From an uncultured Acidobacteriota bacterium (GTDB lineage: Bacteria; Acidobacteriota; Thermoanaerobaculia; UBA5066), in NCBI GenBank assembly GCA_963779415.1, contig CAVZYA010000001.1, forward strand, positions 768,001 through 832,000: 64,000 nucleotides of DNA, in the 5' to 3' direction. Shown in pieces: positions 47,517-57,973 of the stretch. The translations under genes were made by a program, and so were the position numbers. The notes beneath the pieces are model-generated. The model worked only from the letters and a program-made list of their open reading frames with translations, made no database searches and was not told the DNA's origin. The first letter of the stretch is position 1. Each line of letters begins with the position of its first letter.

Positions 47517-48877
47517 CTACGTTCGGCGCGAGAGGAGCGCGACCGTTTCGACGTGGTGCGTCCCCGGAAAGAGGTCGAGAAGGGTCATCCGCTCGATCGA
47601 GTACGTCTCGTGAAGCGCCCCGAGATCCCGGGCAAGGGTCGGCGGGTCACACGAAACCATCAGAAGAGCCTTCGGCTGAAGGCTGAGCATTCCGCGCCGA
47701 ACGGCCGGCGAAAGTCCGGCTCGTGGCGGGTCCGCGACGACGACGTCGAAGGAACCGACGGACTTCGGGAGGTTCTTCGAGCCAAGGAAGGCTTCCGCGG
47801 TCGACCGGACGGACCGGGCGCCCCGGAACCCTTCCTTCTCCCATCTTCGAAGATTCTCCGAAAGGTCCCGGGACGAGGAAACGTCCACTTCCACCGCCGT
47901 GACGCTCCCCTCCGCGCGGGGCGCGATCTCGAGGAGCGTCCGCGTCAGGAAGCCCGCGCCCGCGTAGAGATCGAGAGCACGGAAGGGGCCGTGGGCGCCT
48001 TCCTCGCGTCGGAGAGCCATGTCGAGCGCCGCGCGGATCTCCTCGAGAAAGGAATCGAGAAGAAACCGGTTTCCCTGGAAGAACGACGAGACCGAGACAC
48101 GGAATGGGACCTCCCCGGCGACGATGTCGAGCGACGACGGCCCGTCTTCCAGGAGGACCCTTCCCCTCGCCGAGAGGACTCTCAACCCTTCGAAGCATCC
48201 TCTCCCTCTCCCGTCTTCGAGCTTCGGCCGCGGCCCCGCCGCGAGCCGAAGCTCGCCAAGAGCGTCGTCCCGTCGCGGTCCTCCAGTGTCGAGAGCTCGC
48301 CCTCCGCCGGACCGAGGGCGCGGAGCGTCTCCCGGACCGAAGGGAGACGCTCGAGGAAGGGCTTCGACAGAATCTCGCAGGCGGAGAGGTCCGGCACGAT
48401 CCGGTTCGACCGGGGCGCGTAGAACCCGAGCCGCCCGTCGGCATCGAGGTGCAGCCGGTTCCGAAGCCGGTAGTTGGGCGGCGAGGGGACGAAGCGAAGG
48501 GGAGGGAGCTCCGCGATCCCGATCCGGCCGACGCGGTGAAGAGCGTCGAGAACGAGGCCGGTCTTGAGCGCGGAAGCGGAATCCCGCCGTGCCGCCGGCC
48601 AGTCGCATCCGCCGCACGAGCCGTCTGCCGCCCGCGGGCAGATCTCGTCTTCCTCCCGGCGGTGCGGACCCGCGGAGAGGATCTCCACCGCTCGTCCCCT
48701 GAGAAGCCGCTCCCCTTCCGGAGCCAGCTCCGCCACGACGCGATCCCCCGGGAGCGCGCCCGAGACGAGCGCCACGACGCCGCCGACGCGTCCGAGCCCG
48801 TCGCCCCCCGGCACGACACGCTCGATTGCGATCTCGTGGCGTGCCGCGCCCGAACCGCTCATCGCGCCTTCAGCCAC
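47517..48877 (-). CDS. TRAM-domain RNA m5U methyltransferase, RlmD/TrmA family (apparent frameshift near 48260)
   Basis: N-part 'C..CGGC', 'YRLR'; C-part 'SFFQGN', 'DLYAGAG', 'DPPRAG', 'VSCDP.TLARD', 'DLFPGTHHVE'. Confidence 0.88.
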
Positions 48878-49566
48878 TAAAAGAGCGTGAGGGCCGGAAG
48901 GCCGAGCCGCCGCCTCACCTCCCGGCGCGTCAGGGCCCTCCGCATCCGCTCCACGACCTCCGTCGAGATTCCCGCCGTCTCTCCGAGAGACTCGGCCACT
49001 CCCGCCTCGACGGCGGCCAACGCCTCCGGCGAGAGCGCCTTTCGGAAGGCTCTGACCATCGTGGCTTCGATGGCCGACAGCTTCTCCTCGATCTCGTCGA
49101 AGCCTCCGTCCGGGGAGAGCGCTTCGACCTTCGAGACGGCTCTTCCAATCCCCTTTCGCAGGATCTCCCGGTCGATCCCCTCCGGCTCCACGCTATCGGC
49201 CGACCGAAGGGCGTCGACAAGAGCCTGCAGGCGTGGGGCGATCTCCGCGGGCTTCTCGTCGCGCCGTCCCTCGCCCTGTCCGACGAGGCCCCGCTGCTCC
49301 ATCTGCCACCGTTCCTCGACGGCGCCGGCGCAATAGGCGACCGAGCTGATCTTGCCCGCGATTCCGCGCTCGCGCCGCCGCTCGAAGGTCTCCCGGATGG
49401 CGCGGACCACCGTGTCCGCCGGGACACCGCTCTCGTGCCATCCCCGGATCAGCTGCCAGTCCTTCGCCGAGAGGAGGAACGGCGTTCCGCGCTCGGCGAT
49501 GAACGCTTCCTCGATCCTCATGGCGTACGCCGCCTCGTCGAGCGGCTCTTCCGCGCCTTCGCCCAT
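48877..49566 (-). CDS. Hypothetical helical protein
   Basis: In-operon ORF between birA and the RlmD-like gene, coupled to its neighbours. Confidence 0.7.
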   Translation of the reverse strand: MGEGAEEPLDEAAYAMRIEEAFIAERGTPFLLSAKDWQLIRGWHESGVPADTVVRAIRETFERRRERGIAGKISSVAYCAGAVEERWQMEQRGLVGQGEGRRDEKPAEIAPRLQALVDALRSADSVEPEGIDREILRKGIGRAVSKVEALSPDGGFDEIEEKLSAIEATMVRAFRKALSPEALAAVEAGVAESLGETAGISTEVVERMRRALTRREVRRRLGLPALTLF

Positions 49567-49570
49567 CGGA

Positions 49571-50374
49571 TCAGAAGGAGGCGATCTCGCCCGAGACGAC
49601 GGTCTCGACGCCCGATCCCGTATCGAGCCTCAGGAACCCGTCCTCCGTGACGCCGACGTATTTCCCCTTCGTTTCCCGGCCGGCGTCGACGACGGTGAGG
49701 GTCTCCCCCTTCCGGTGCGCCGAAACGGCTTCGAACGCGGCCGCGAGATCGGCGGGGGGAGACTCGAGCCCCGCATCGATCGACTCGAGGAGCGCGACGA
49801 GCGGCCCTTCCCCTTCGAGAAGGCCCGCCGGTGCCCCGGCCACGGCAAGCGAGACGGCGTCCTTTAGCCCGGCCGCATCGAGCGCCTCGCGCGAGGCGCC
49901 GACGTTGAGACCGATCCCCGCCACCGCGTATCCCTCCTCGTCCAGGCCCCGGGCCTCGACGAGGATTCCGCCCAGTTTTTTTCTGCTGACGAGGAGATCG
50001 TTCGGCCACTTGAGGCGGACGTCCAGCCGGAACCGCGACGAGAGGCCGCGCGCCAGGGAGACGCCGAGCCGGATCGGGACCCGGACGCGCTCGGGCCCCG
50101 ACGGCCAGGAGAGAAGAAGCGAGACCGCGAGAGAGGTGTCGTCCGGCGAGACCCACCGCCGCCCCCCGCGCCCGCGTCCCGCGGTCTGGCGACGCGAGAC
50201 GAGAGCCGTCGGCCCGATCTCGGTTCCGTCGGCGAGTAGCTTCTCGGCCACGCTCTTTCCGAGGTCGTTCGTCGAGCCGACGGTGTCCACGAAGACGATG
50301 TTCTCGAGGAACGGGAACCGCCGGCCTCCGAGCGGGGCGCGCGCGCCCAGCGGGGAGCGGAAGGGCGCCGTCAT
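49571..50374 (-). CDS. birA: Biotin-protein ligase (no HTH)
   Basis: 'GSTN', 'QTAGRGRGGRRW', 'KWPND', 'KLGGILVE', 'GIGLNV'. Confidence 0.92.
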   Translation of the reverse strand: MTAPFRSPLGARAPLGGRRFPFLENIVFVDTVGSTNDLGKSVAEKLLADGTEIGPTALVSRRQTAGRGRGGRRWVSPDDTSLAVSLLLSWPSGPERVRVPIRLGVSLARGLSSRFRLDVRLKWPNDLLVSRKKLGGILVEARGLDEEGYAVAGIGLNVGASREALDAAGLKDAVSLAVAGAPAGLLEGEGPLVALLESIDAGLESPPADLAAAFEAVSAHRKGETLTVVDAGRETKGKYVGVTEDGFLRLDTGSGVETVVSGEIASF

Positions 50375-53037
50375 CCCGCCGCCGCTCCGAGATTTCCGGA
50401 GAGCCGCGCGCGGCGTTCCTCCAGCTCGGCCAGCTGCCTGCGGTTCTTCTCGACGACCGCCGGAGGCGCCTTCGCGAGGAAGGCCTCGTCGGCGAGCTTT
50501 TTCCGGAGCGACTCGGCGTCGCGCTCGATCGCCGCGAGCTCCTTCTCGAGCTTCCGCCGCTCCCCGGCCCCCATCTCCTTCACCGGCAGGGCGACGACGA
50601 GCCCGACCGCGCCGATCGCGTCGTGGAAGGCCCCGGGGATCGCGGCCTTCGACGCCACCCGGAGGGACTTCAGCCGCGCGAGGTGGACGAGGAGCGGCGC
50701 GTGCCTCTCGAGAGACGCGGCGAGCGGCCCCTCGGCCTCGAGGGCGGCGTCGAGCGCCTCGGTCTGCGGGAGGCCCCGCTCGGCGCGGAGGTTCCGGATC
50801 CGCGTCGCGGCCGCGCGGAGCGTCTCGACCGTCTGGACGGCGAGCGGGTCGTCCCACGACGGCTCCGCCCTCGGGAACCGCGTGACCGGCAGCCGGTCCC
50901 CGTCCCCGGCGAGGGCGTCGCGGATCTCGCACGAGACGAAGGGCATGAAGGGGTGGAGGAGCGCGAGCGAGTCGAGGAGGACCCGGTGGAGGACGGCGCG
51001 CGTCTTCGCCTTCTCCGTCTCGGAGAGCTCCGGATCGCGGAAGACGGGCTTGGCCATCTCGACGTAGCCGTCGCAGAACTCCGACCAGAAGAAGGCATAG
51101 AGGGCGCTGGCGGCCTCGTCGAACCGGTAGCTCTCGAGCGAGGAGGTGACTTTCGCGATCGCCGTCGAAAGGCGGGCGAGGATCCACCGGTCGACCGTCC
51201 CGAGCGCGCCGTAGTCGAGGACCGTCGCCTCGGGCTTCCCCTCGTGAAGCATCCCGAGGGCGAAGCGCGCGGCGTTCCAGACCTTCGTCGCGAAGGCGCG
51301 GGCCGGCGCGATCCGCGACGTTCCGAAGGGGATGTCGCGGCCCGTCCCCGACTGGATCGCGAGGGCGAACCGGACGGCGTCGGCGCCGAATTCGTCGCAC
51401 ATCTCGAGCGGGTCGATCACGTTCCCCTTCGTCTTCGACATCTTCGCGCCCGCCTCGTCGCGCACGAGGCCGTGGATGACGACGTCGGAGAACGGCGCAC
51501 GGCCGTCGAACCAGACGCCGGACATGATCATCCGGGCGACCCAGAAGAAAAGGATGTCGAAGGCCGTCACGAGGACGGTCGTCGGGTAGAAGCGCGAGAA
51601 GTCGGGGGTCTTCTCGGGCCAGCCGACGACGGAGAGAGGCATGAGCCAGGAAGAGAACCACGTGTCGAAGACGTCGCCGTCCTGCGTCAGGGCCTTCGAC
51701 CCGCAGGTCCCGCAGGCGGTTGGGTCCTCCGCGCCCGGCGCGGGGACGGTCACGTGGCCGTCCGGGCAGTACCAGGCCGGGATCGGGTGTCCCCACCAGA
51801 GCTGGCGGGAGACGCACCAGTCGCGGATGTTCCGCATCCACTCGTCGTACGTCTTCTTCCAGAGCTCCGGAACGAAGCGCGTCTCGCCCGAGTCGGTCGC
51901 GGCCACCGCCTTCCCGGCGAGCGGCCCCGCCTTGACGTACCACTGGAGGGAGACGAGCGGCTCGAGGACGGTGTCGCAGCGCTGGCAGCGCCCGATCGGA
52001 AGGACGTGCGCCTTCTCGCCGCGGCGGAGCCCCGCGGTCTCGAGGTCGCGCAGGACCTTCCGCCGCGCCGCGGCACGGTCGAGCCCCGCGTAGGCCGCCC
52101 CGGAGGCCGCCGTCATCTTCGCGTCGAACCCGATCACGGTGACGATCGAAAGAGAGTGCCGCCTCGCGGCCTCGAAGTCGTTCGGGTCGTGCGCCGGCGT
52201 GATCTTGACGGCGCCCGTCCCGAACTTCGGATCGACGAGCGGGTCGGCCACGACCGGGATCGTCCGGTCCGTGAGCGGAAGCCGCACCTTCTTCCCGACG
52301 ACGTGGCGGTAGCGATCGTCCCCGGGGTGGACGGCCACGGCCGTGTCGCCGAGCATCGTCTCGGGGCGCGTCGTCGCGACGACGATCTCGCCCGAACCGT
52401 CCTCGAGCGGGTAGCCGATCGACCAGAGGAGCCCCGACTGCTCGACGTGGTTCACCTCGAGGTCCGAGAGGACGGTCGCGCAGCGCGCGCACCAGTTCAC
52501 CATCCGCTCCGCCCGGTACGCGAGCCCCTGGTGGTAGAGGGTCGTGAAGGCGTGGCGGACGGCCTTCGAGCGTGGAGCGTCGAGCGTGTAGTACTCGCGC
52601 GAGAAGTCGCACGACGAGCCGAGGCGCCGGATCTGGCTCCGGATGTCTCCCCGGCGCGCCGCGGCCCATTCCCGGCAGATCTCGAGGAACCGCTCGCGCC
52701 CGACGTCGTGCCGCGACTGCCCGGTCCGCTCCCCGAGGTTCCGCTCAACGACCATCTGCGTGGCGATCCCCGCATGGTCGACCCCGGGGAGCCAGAGGAC
52801 GGCCCGTCCCTCCATCCGCCGCCAGCGGCAGAGGATGTCCTCCAGCGTCCGGCCGAGCGCGTGCCCGACGTGGAGCTTTCCGGTCACGTTCGGCGGCGGG
52901 ATGACGATGACGTACGGGACGGCGTCCGGCCCCGCGGCCTCGGGACGGAAGAGCCCCGCCTCCTCGTGGAGGCGGTACCACTTCATCTCGAACGCGACGG
53001 GATCGAAGTTCTTCGGAAGCTCGTGCGGTGCGTTCAT
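50371..53037 (-). CDS. valS: Valyl-tRNA synthetase
   Basis: 'PPPNVTGKLHVGH', 'DWCVSRQLWWGH', 'KMSKTKGN', C-terminal coiled coil. Confidence 0.97.
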   Translation of the reverse strand: MNAPHELPKNFDPVAFEMKWYRLHEEAGLFRPEAAGPDAVPYVIVIPPPNVTGKLHVGHALGRTLEDILCRWRRMEGRAVLWLPGVDHAGIATQMVVERNLGERTGQSRHDVGRERFLEICREWAAARRGDIRSQIRRLGSSCDFSREYYTLDAPRSKAVRHAFTTLYHQGLAYRAERMVNWCARCATVLSDLEVNHVEQSGLLWSIGYPLEDGSGEIVVATTRPETMLGDTAVAVHPGDDRYRHVVGKKVRLPLTDRTIPVVADPLVDPKFGTGAVKITPAHDPNDFEAARRHSLSIVTVIGFDAKMTAASGAAYAGLDRAAARRKVLRDLETAGLRRGEKAHVLPIGRCQRCDTVLEPLVSLQWYVKAGPLAGKAVAATDSGETRFVPELWKKTYDEWMRNIRDWCVSRQLWWGHPIPAWYCPDGHVTVPAPGAEDPTACGTCGSKALTQDGDVFDTWFSSWLMPLSVVGWPEKTPDFSRFYPTTVLVTAFDILFFWVARMIMSGVWFDGRAPFSDVVIHGLVRDEAGAKMSKTKGNVIDPLEMCDEFGADAVRFALAIQSGTGRDIPFGTSRIAPARAFATKVWNAARFALGMLHEGKPEATVLDYGALGTVDRWILARLSTAIAKVTSSLESYRFDEAASALYAFFWSEFCDGYVEMAKPVFRDPELSETEKAKTRAVLHRVLLDSLALLHPFMPFVSCEIRDALAGDGDRLPVTRFPRAEPSWDDPLAVQTVETLRAAATRIRNLRAERGLPQTEALDAALEAEGPLAASLERHAPLLVHLARLKSLRVASKAAIPGAFHDAIGAVGLVVALPVKEMGAGERRKLEKELAAIERDAESLRKKLADEAFLAKAPPAVVEKNRRQLAELEERRARLSGNLGAAAG

Positions 53038-53092
53038 GGCGCGATGAACCGCTGACGTTACCAGAGGGGACGCGGCGCCCCGGGGCGGGAGG

Positions 53093-54304
53093 TCAGTCGG
53101 CCCGCTCCAGCTCGCGAAGCCGCTCGCGGACGAGCCGCTCGGCCATCTCGGGGACGACGTCCCAGGCGACCTTCCGGACCACGCGCTCGCCGAGGATTTC
53201 CACGACGCGACGCGCCACCCGTTCCACGTCGTCGTCCGAGAGCGGGCGGTCCGCGGCCGGGGTCGCCCCGACGATCCGGGTCAGGTCGGTGAGGCTCGCC
53301 CGCGCGGCCAGCGTCTCGAGTTCGCTCGCGTGAGGCTCGGGGAGCGCCCCTCCGAGGGGCGGAATCTCGACCGAGCTTGCGGCCGCATCGGTCTCGTCGG
53401 CCGGCAGGATGAAGACGGGGTGCGCCTCGCGCGAGGCCGCCGATCGCTCGAAGCGGGCAATGTCCACCTCGATGTCCCGACGGGGGACCTCGTCCTCGAG
53501 CCCGCCGAGGTCCACCTCCCAGCCAGGTGACGGAGGTATTCCGGATGCGACCAGAGGGAGCTCCGCTTCGCGGAACGGCTCCGCGACGACTTCCTCCACC
53601 ATCTCCCCGGACGGCGATGTCGGAGGCTCCGCGGCCGGCGGAGCGTCGGATGCAGACGTCTGGATCGCCGCCGCAGCGTAAAGAGTCTCCGGCACGGGGG
53701 GCTCTTCCGCGGACGGAATGACATGACCAACGTTCGTGGGGCTCGTTTCCTCTCCCAGTTCGGGCAGAGCGGGCCCGGGCTCCGGCTCGGGCGGGGCTGC
53801 CTCGATCCCGGCCTCGGCCGGCAAGGCTTCCGTGGCCATCGCTTCCGGCTCGTCCGGAATCGGCTCCGGCTCCGGCTCGGGCGGCAGAGGAGGAGGAGGA
53901 GGGGGCGGCGGCGGGGCCGCGGCTCTCTCCTCCTTCGACCTCACGACGAGGTCGCGGACGAGAGCGAGGAGGGCGTGGGAGTCGAACGGCTTCGTGACGA
54001 CCGTGTCCGCCCCGACGCGGTCGGCACGCGGGCGGTCGAAAGGCTCGAATGTCCCGGTCAGCATCACGACCGGGATGTAGGCGCCGTACGGAAGCCTCTT
54101 TACCGCCTCGCACAGCTCGTAGCCCGTGAGGCCCGGCATCACGGCATCGGCCAGAACGATGTCGGGCTCGTACTCGGCGAGGAGACCGGCGGCCTTGTCG
54201 CCGCTCCCCACCGCGCGAAGCTCCCACTCCGAGCCGGCGAACGTGAGCTCCACGACCTTCTGGATCGTCAGACTGTCGTCCGCAAGGAGGATCCGGTGGC
54301 CCAT
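53093..54304 (-). CDS. RomR-like response regulator (receiver, Pro/Glu linker, conserved C-terminal helix)
   Basis: 'ILLADDSLTIQKV', 'DIVLADAVMPG'; C-terminal 'VAWDVVPEMAERLVRERLREL'. Confidence 0.8.
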   Translation of the reverse strand: MGHRILLADDSLTIQKVVELTFAGSEWELRAVGSGDKAAGLLAEYEPDIVLADAVMPGLTGYELCEAVKRLPYGAYIPVVMLTGTFEPFDRPRADRVGADTVVTKPFDSHALLALVRDLVVRSKEERAAAPPPPPPPPPLPPEPEPEPIPDEPEAMATEALPAEAGIEAAPPEPEPGPALPELGEETSPTNVGHVIPSAEEPPVPETLYAAAAIQTSASDAPPAAEPPTSPSGEMVEEVVAEPFREAELPLVASGIPPSPGWEVDLGGLEDEVPRRDIEVDIARFERSAASREAHPVFILPADETDAAASSVEIPPLGGALPEPHASELETLAARASLTDLTRIVGATPAADRPLSDDDVERVARRVVEILGERVVRKVAWDVVPEMAERLVRERLRELERAD

Positions 54305-55279
54305 TCACACTCTCCGGCCGAGAAAATGACGTCCTGTTCGGGCGTTCTCCGAGTCTACTACGCCCGCATCCCCCAGGGCCCCCTGAAGCGCCGCGAAGAC
54401 GCGCGACGCGGGCACCCGTCCGGTGACCGCCGAAAGCGCTCGCGAGGCCGCGGCGACGGCCCCAAGCGAGATGCCGGTCTCCCGGCCCATCCCGTGGAGA
54501 AGGTAGAGAAGGTCCTCCGTCGCCACGTTTCCGGCGGCTCCCGGCGCGTAGGGACATCCGCCGAGCCCCCCGGCCGAGGCGTCGAAGATCCGGACCCCCG
54601 CGCGAAGCCCTTCGACGACGTTCGCGAGCGCCGTCCCGCGCGTGTCGTGGAAATGAAGGGCGACCGCTCCGATCGGGACCCCCGCTTCGACCGTCCTTCC
54701 GCAGACGTCCGGCACCTGCGTCGGGACGGCGACGCCGATCGTGTCGCCGATCGAGATCTCGTCGCACCCCGCCGAAAAAAGCCTCGCCGAAACGGCCGCG
54801 GCCGCCTCCGGGCGGACCGTCCCCTCGTAAGGGCAGCCGAAGGCGCAGGAGACGTAGCCGCGCACGCGCATCCCGGCCCGCTTCGCCCGCCCGATCACGG
54901 GAGCGAATCGCCCGAACGACCCGTCGATCGTCGCGTTGATGTTCCGGAGATTGAAGGTCTCGGAGGCGGCCGTGAAGACGGCGATCTCTCGCACCCCCGC
55001 CGCCTCGGCCCGGTCCATCCCCTTCTCGTTCGGCACGAGGACGGGATAGCGGACCCCCTCCCGCTTCCGGATCCTCCGGAAGACCTCCTCGCCGTCGGCG
55101 AGCTGCGGGATCGCGCGCGGCGAGACGAACGCCGTCGCCTCCACGACGGGGAGCCCCGCCGCCGCGAGCGCCTCGATGAAGGCCACTTTCGCCTCCACCG
55201 GGACGACGGCGGCCTCGTTCTGGAGGCCGTCCCGCGGCCCCACCTCGACGACCGTGACGCGGCCCGGCGCGGCGCTCAC
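54305..55279 (-). CDS. liuE: Hydroxymethylglutaryl-CoA lyase
   Basis: 'EVGPRDGLQNE', 'HFHDTRG', 'GGCPYAPGAAGN'. Confidence 0.93.
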   Translation of the reverse strand: MSAAPGRVTVVEVGPRDGLQNEAAVVPVEAKVAFIEALAAAGLPVVEATAFVSPRAIPQLADGEEVFRRIRKREGVRYPVLVPNEKGMDRAEAAGVREIAVFTAASETFNLRNINATIDGSFGRFAPVIGRAKRAGMRVRGYVSCAFGCPYEGTVRPEAAAAVSARLFSAGCDEISIGDTIGVAVPTQVPDVCGRTVEAGVPIGAVALHFHDTRGTALANVVEGLRAGVRIFDASAGGLGGCPYAPGAAGNVATEDLLYLLHGMGRETGISLGAVAAASRALSAVTGRVPASRVFAALQGALGDAGVVDSENARTGRHFLGRRV

Positions 55280-55674
55280 TCGATCTCCACGAGCCGGTCC
55301 CCCGCCGAGACCATCGAGCCTTCCGAGACCCGGAGATTCCGGACGACCCCCGCCCGCGAGGCGCGTACCGGGTGCTCCATCTTCATCGCCTCGAGGAGGA
55401 GAAGTGTCGTCCCTCTCGCGACGGTCTCTCCCTCCGCCACGAGGAGCGCGCGCACCTTTCCGGGCATCGGCGCCACGAGATCGTGCTCGGCCTCGTCCGA
55501 AGCGGCGGCACGACGAACCGCCGCACGCTCGATCCGGTAGGTCTCGCCCTCGAAGAAGACCCAGACGAGGTTTCCGTCCCGGACGGCGCGCAGGGGAGCG
55601 GCCCCGTCCGACGGCGCAGGTCGACGTTCCTCCGGCTCGAAGAGGGTCCCGGTCACGGTGTCACGCAGTCTCAT
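55276..55674 (-). CDS. Biotin carboxyl carrier subunit
   Basis: 'APMPGKV', 'EAMKME'. Confidence 0.9.
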   Translation of the reverse strand: MRLRDTVTGTLFEPEERRPAPSDGAAPLRAVRDGNLVWVFFEGETYRIERAAVRRAAASDEAEHDLVAPMPGKVRALLVAEGETVARGTTLLLLEAMKMEHPVRASRAGVVRNLRVSEGSMVSAGDRLVEIE

Positions 55675-57143
55675 CGCAGCACCCGGAATCCCCCTGCTTC
55701 GAAGGGATCAGGGAAAGAGACGCTCTTTCGGTGAGCCTCCGGCACATTCGAGGAAAATTCCCGGTGGGCGGCCTCGAAAACCGCCTTCGGCGGAGGGGGG
55801 GCGGGCGGGACCGCGAGCCTTTCGAGAAGCGACGTGTCCATCTCCCCGCGCCGGACCGGCCCGGTGTCGAGGACGCGCCGCAGGTAGGAGAGATTCGTCG
55901 TCACGCCGAGAGCGACCGTCTCTCCGAGAGCCGTGGCGAGCCGCCGCCTCGCCTCCTCGCGCGTCGCGCCGCGGGCGATCACTTTCGCGAGCATCGGATC
56001 GTAGTGGACCGACACCTCGTCCCCGGCCCGGACTCCAGAGTCGACGCGAACGCCGGGGCCGGACGGTTCTTCCCAGACGAGGAGACGCCCCGTCTGCGGG
56101 AGGAAGCCGTTCTCCGCGTCCTCGGCGTAAACCCGCGCTTCGAAAGCGTGGGCATGGGGGGTCCGGGGGATCTGATCGGGAAGCGGCTCTCCGGCCGCGA
56201 CGCGGAGCTGAAGAGCGACGAGGTCGAGCCCGAAGGCCTCCTCCGTGACGGGGTGCTCCACCTGCAGCCGCGTGTTCATCTCGAGGAAGAAGAAGGTCCC
56301 GTCGGGCGCGAGAAGGAACTCCACGGTCCCGGCGCTTTCGTACGCGACCGCTCGCGCCGCCGCGACCGCCGCCTCCGAGAGGCGCCTGCGAAGCTCCGGG
56401 GAAACGGCGGGCGACGGGCTCTCCTCGATCACCTTCTGATGGCGGCGCTGGAGGGAGCACTCGCGCTCCCCCACCGCGACGACGCGCCCGTGCCGGTCGC
56501 CGAAGACCTGCACTTCGACATGACGGGGCCGCTCGAGGTATCTCTCGGCATAAAGCGTCCCGTCCCCGAAGGCCGCCTCGGCCTCGCGCCCGCAGGACGC
56601 GAGAGCGTCGGAAAGCTCCGCGGCGTCCCTGACGACTCGCATCCCCTTCCCGCCTCCCCCCGCCGACGCCTTGATCACGATCGGAAAGCCGACGAGAGAG
56701 GCAAGCCCGGACGGCGAGAGGTCGTACGACCCGGGGACGACCGGAATCCCCGCGGCGCGCATCCGCTCGCGCGACGGGATCTTCAGCCCCATCGCCTCGA
56801 TCGCTGCCGGTGGCGGACCGACCCACGCGAGCCCCGCGTCCTCCACCGCGCGCGCGAACGCCGCGTTCTCGGAGAGGAACCCGTAGCCGGGATGGACCGC
56901 GTCACAGCCGGTCCGGACCGCGGCCTCGAGGACCCTCTTCGGGTCGAGGTACGAGGAGGCCGCCGGAGGCGGTCCGATGAGAACGGCGTCCGCCGCGAGC
57001 CGGACGTGCCGGGCGCCGGAGTCCGCCTCCGAGAAGACGGCGACCGGCTCGATTCCCGCCGTCCGGCAGCCTCGAATGACGCGGACGGCGATCTCGCCGC
57101 GGTTCGCGACGAGCAGCCTCCGGATCGGCCGGAGCGTCGTCAC
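55671..57143 (-). CDS. Biotin carboxylase subunit of methylcrotonyl-CoA carboxylase
   Basis: 'ANRGEIA', '[10 protein letters not shown]', 'GGGGKGM', '[10 protein letters not shown]'. Confidence 0.93.
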   Translation of the reverse strand: MTTLRPIRRLLVANRGEIAVRVIRGCRTAGIEPVAVFSEADSGARHVRLAADAVLIGPPPAASSYLDPKRVLEAAVRTGCDAVHPGYGFLSENAAFARAVEDAGLAWVGPPPAAIEAMGLKIPSRERMRAAGIPVVPGSYDLSPSGLASLVGFPIVIKASAGGGGKGMRVVRDAAELSDALASCGREAEAAFGDGTLYAERYLERPRHVEVQVFGDRHGRVVAVGERECSLQRRHQKVIEESPSPAVSPELRRRLSEAAVAAARAVAYESAGTVEFLLAPDGTFFFLEMNTRLQVEHPVTEEAFGLDLVALQLRVAAGEPLPDQIPRTPHAHAFEARVYAEDAENGFLPQTGRLLVWEEPSGPGVRVDSGVRAGDEVSVHYDPMLAKVIARGATREEARRRLATALGETVALGVTTNLSYLRRVLDTGPVRRGEMDTSLLERLAVPPAPPPPKAVFEAAHREFSSNVPEAHRKSVSFPDPFEAGGFRVLR

Positions 57144-57144
57144 T

Positions 57145-57960
57145 TCAGGCCCGTTCCTTCTCCCGGGCCGCCCACGACGGAGGCCGCTTCTCGAGGAACG
57201 CCGTGACCCCTTCGCGCCCCTCGGCCGAGGCCCGGCGCTCCGCGATCCGCTGCACCGTGAGCGTCTGCTGCTCGCGCGGCGCGAGCGAGGCCACCGTCCG
57301 GACCAGCTTCTTGGCCTCCGCCAGCGCCTCCGGTCCTCCGAGCAGGAGCGAGGCGATCACCTCTTCCGCGACCGAGGCGAGGGACGCCTCCGCGGCGACG
57401 ACGTGGACGAGGCCGATCCGCCGCGCCTCGTGCGCATCGAACCGCCCTCCCGTGAGGAACCACTCCCGTGCACGCGACTCGCCGATTTTCCGGATGACGT
57501 ACGGCGAGATGACGGAGGGGATGAGGCCGAGCCGGACCTCGGTCGTGCCGAAGAGAGTCCCTTCGGCCGCGACCGCGACGTCGCAGACGGCGACGAGCCC
57601 CGTCCCCCCGCCGAGAGCGGCTCCGTGGACCCGGCCGAGGAGGGGCTTCGGAAGCTCGTCCATGAGGCGGAAGAGCTCGGCCAGCTCTGCCGCGTCGCGG
57701 CGGTTCTCCTCCATCGTGAAGCCCGCCATCCGTTTCATCCAGTTCAGGTCGGCGCCGGCGCAGAAGGCCTTTCCTTCGCCCGAGAGCTCGACGACATGGA
57801 CGGCCGGATCCGACGCGAGCGACCGGAAGACGCGTTGAAGCTCACGGACGAGAACGTCGTCGAATGCGTTCCGGATCCCGGGACGCGCGAGGACGACCTG
57901 CGCCACGCGCCCCCCGTGCGACCGCTCCACCCGGACGGGACCTTTCGGCTTTGCGCTCAC
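57145..57960 (-). CDS. liuC: Methylglutaconyl-CoA hydratase (enoyl-CoA hydratase family)
   Basis: '[11 protein letters not shown]', 'GGGTGL', 'EVRLGLIP'; operon context. Confidence 0.85.
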   Translation of the reverse strand: MSAKPKGPVRVERSHGGRVAQVVLARPGIRNAFDDVLVRELQRVFRSLASDPAVHVVELSGEGKAFCAGADLNWMKRMAGFTMEENRRDAAELAELFRLMDELPKPLLGRVHGAALGGGTGLVAVCDVAVAAEGTLFGTTEVRLGLIPSVISPYVIRKIGESRAREWFLTGGRFDAHEARRIGLVHVVAAEASLASVAEEVIASLLLGGPEALAEAKKLVRTVASLAPREQQTLTVQRIAERRASAEGREGVTAFLEKRPPSWAAREKERA

Positions 57961-57973
57961 GACCGATTCCTCC

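Noticed and set aside
49571-52669. 1032-aa ORF as a large BirA fusion
   Set aside because: The upstream part is an alternate frame of valS; birA starts at 50374
53840-53930. Low-complexity GGA/GGC/CCGGCT repeats
   Set aside because: They encode the Pro/Glu linker of the response regulator
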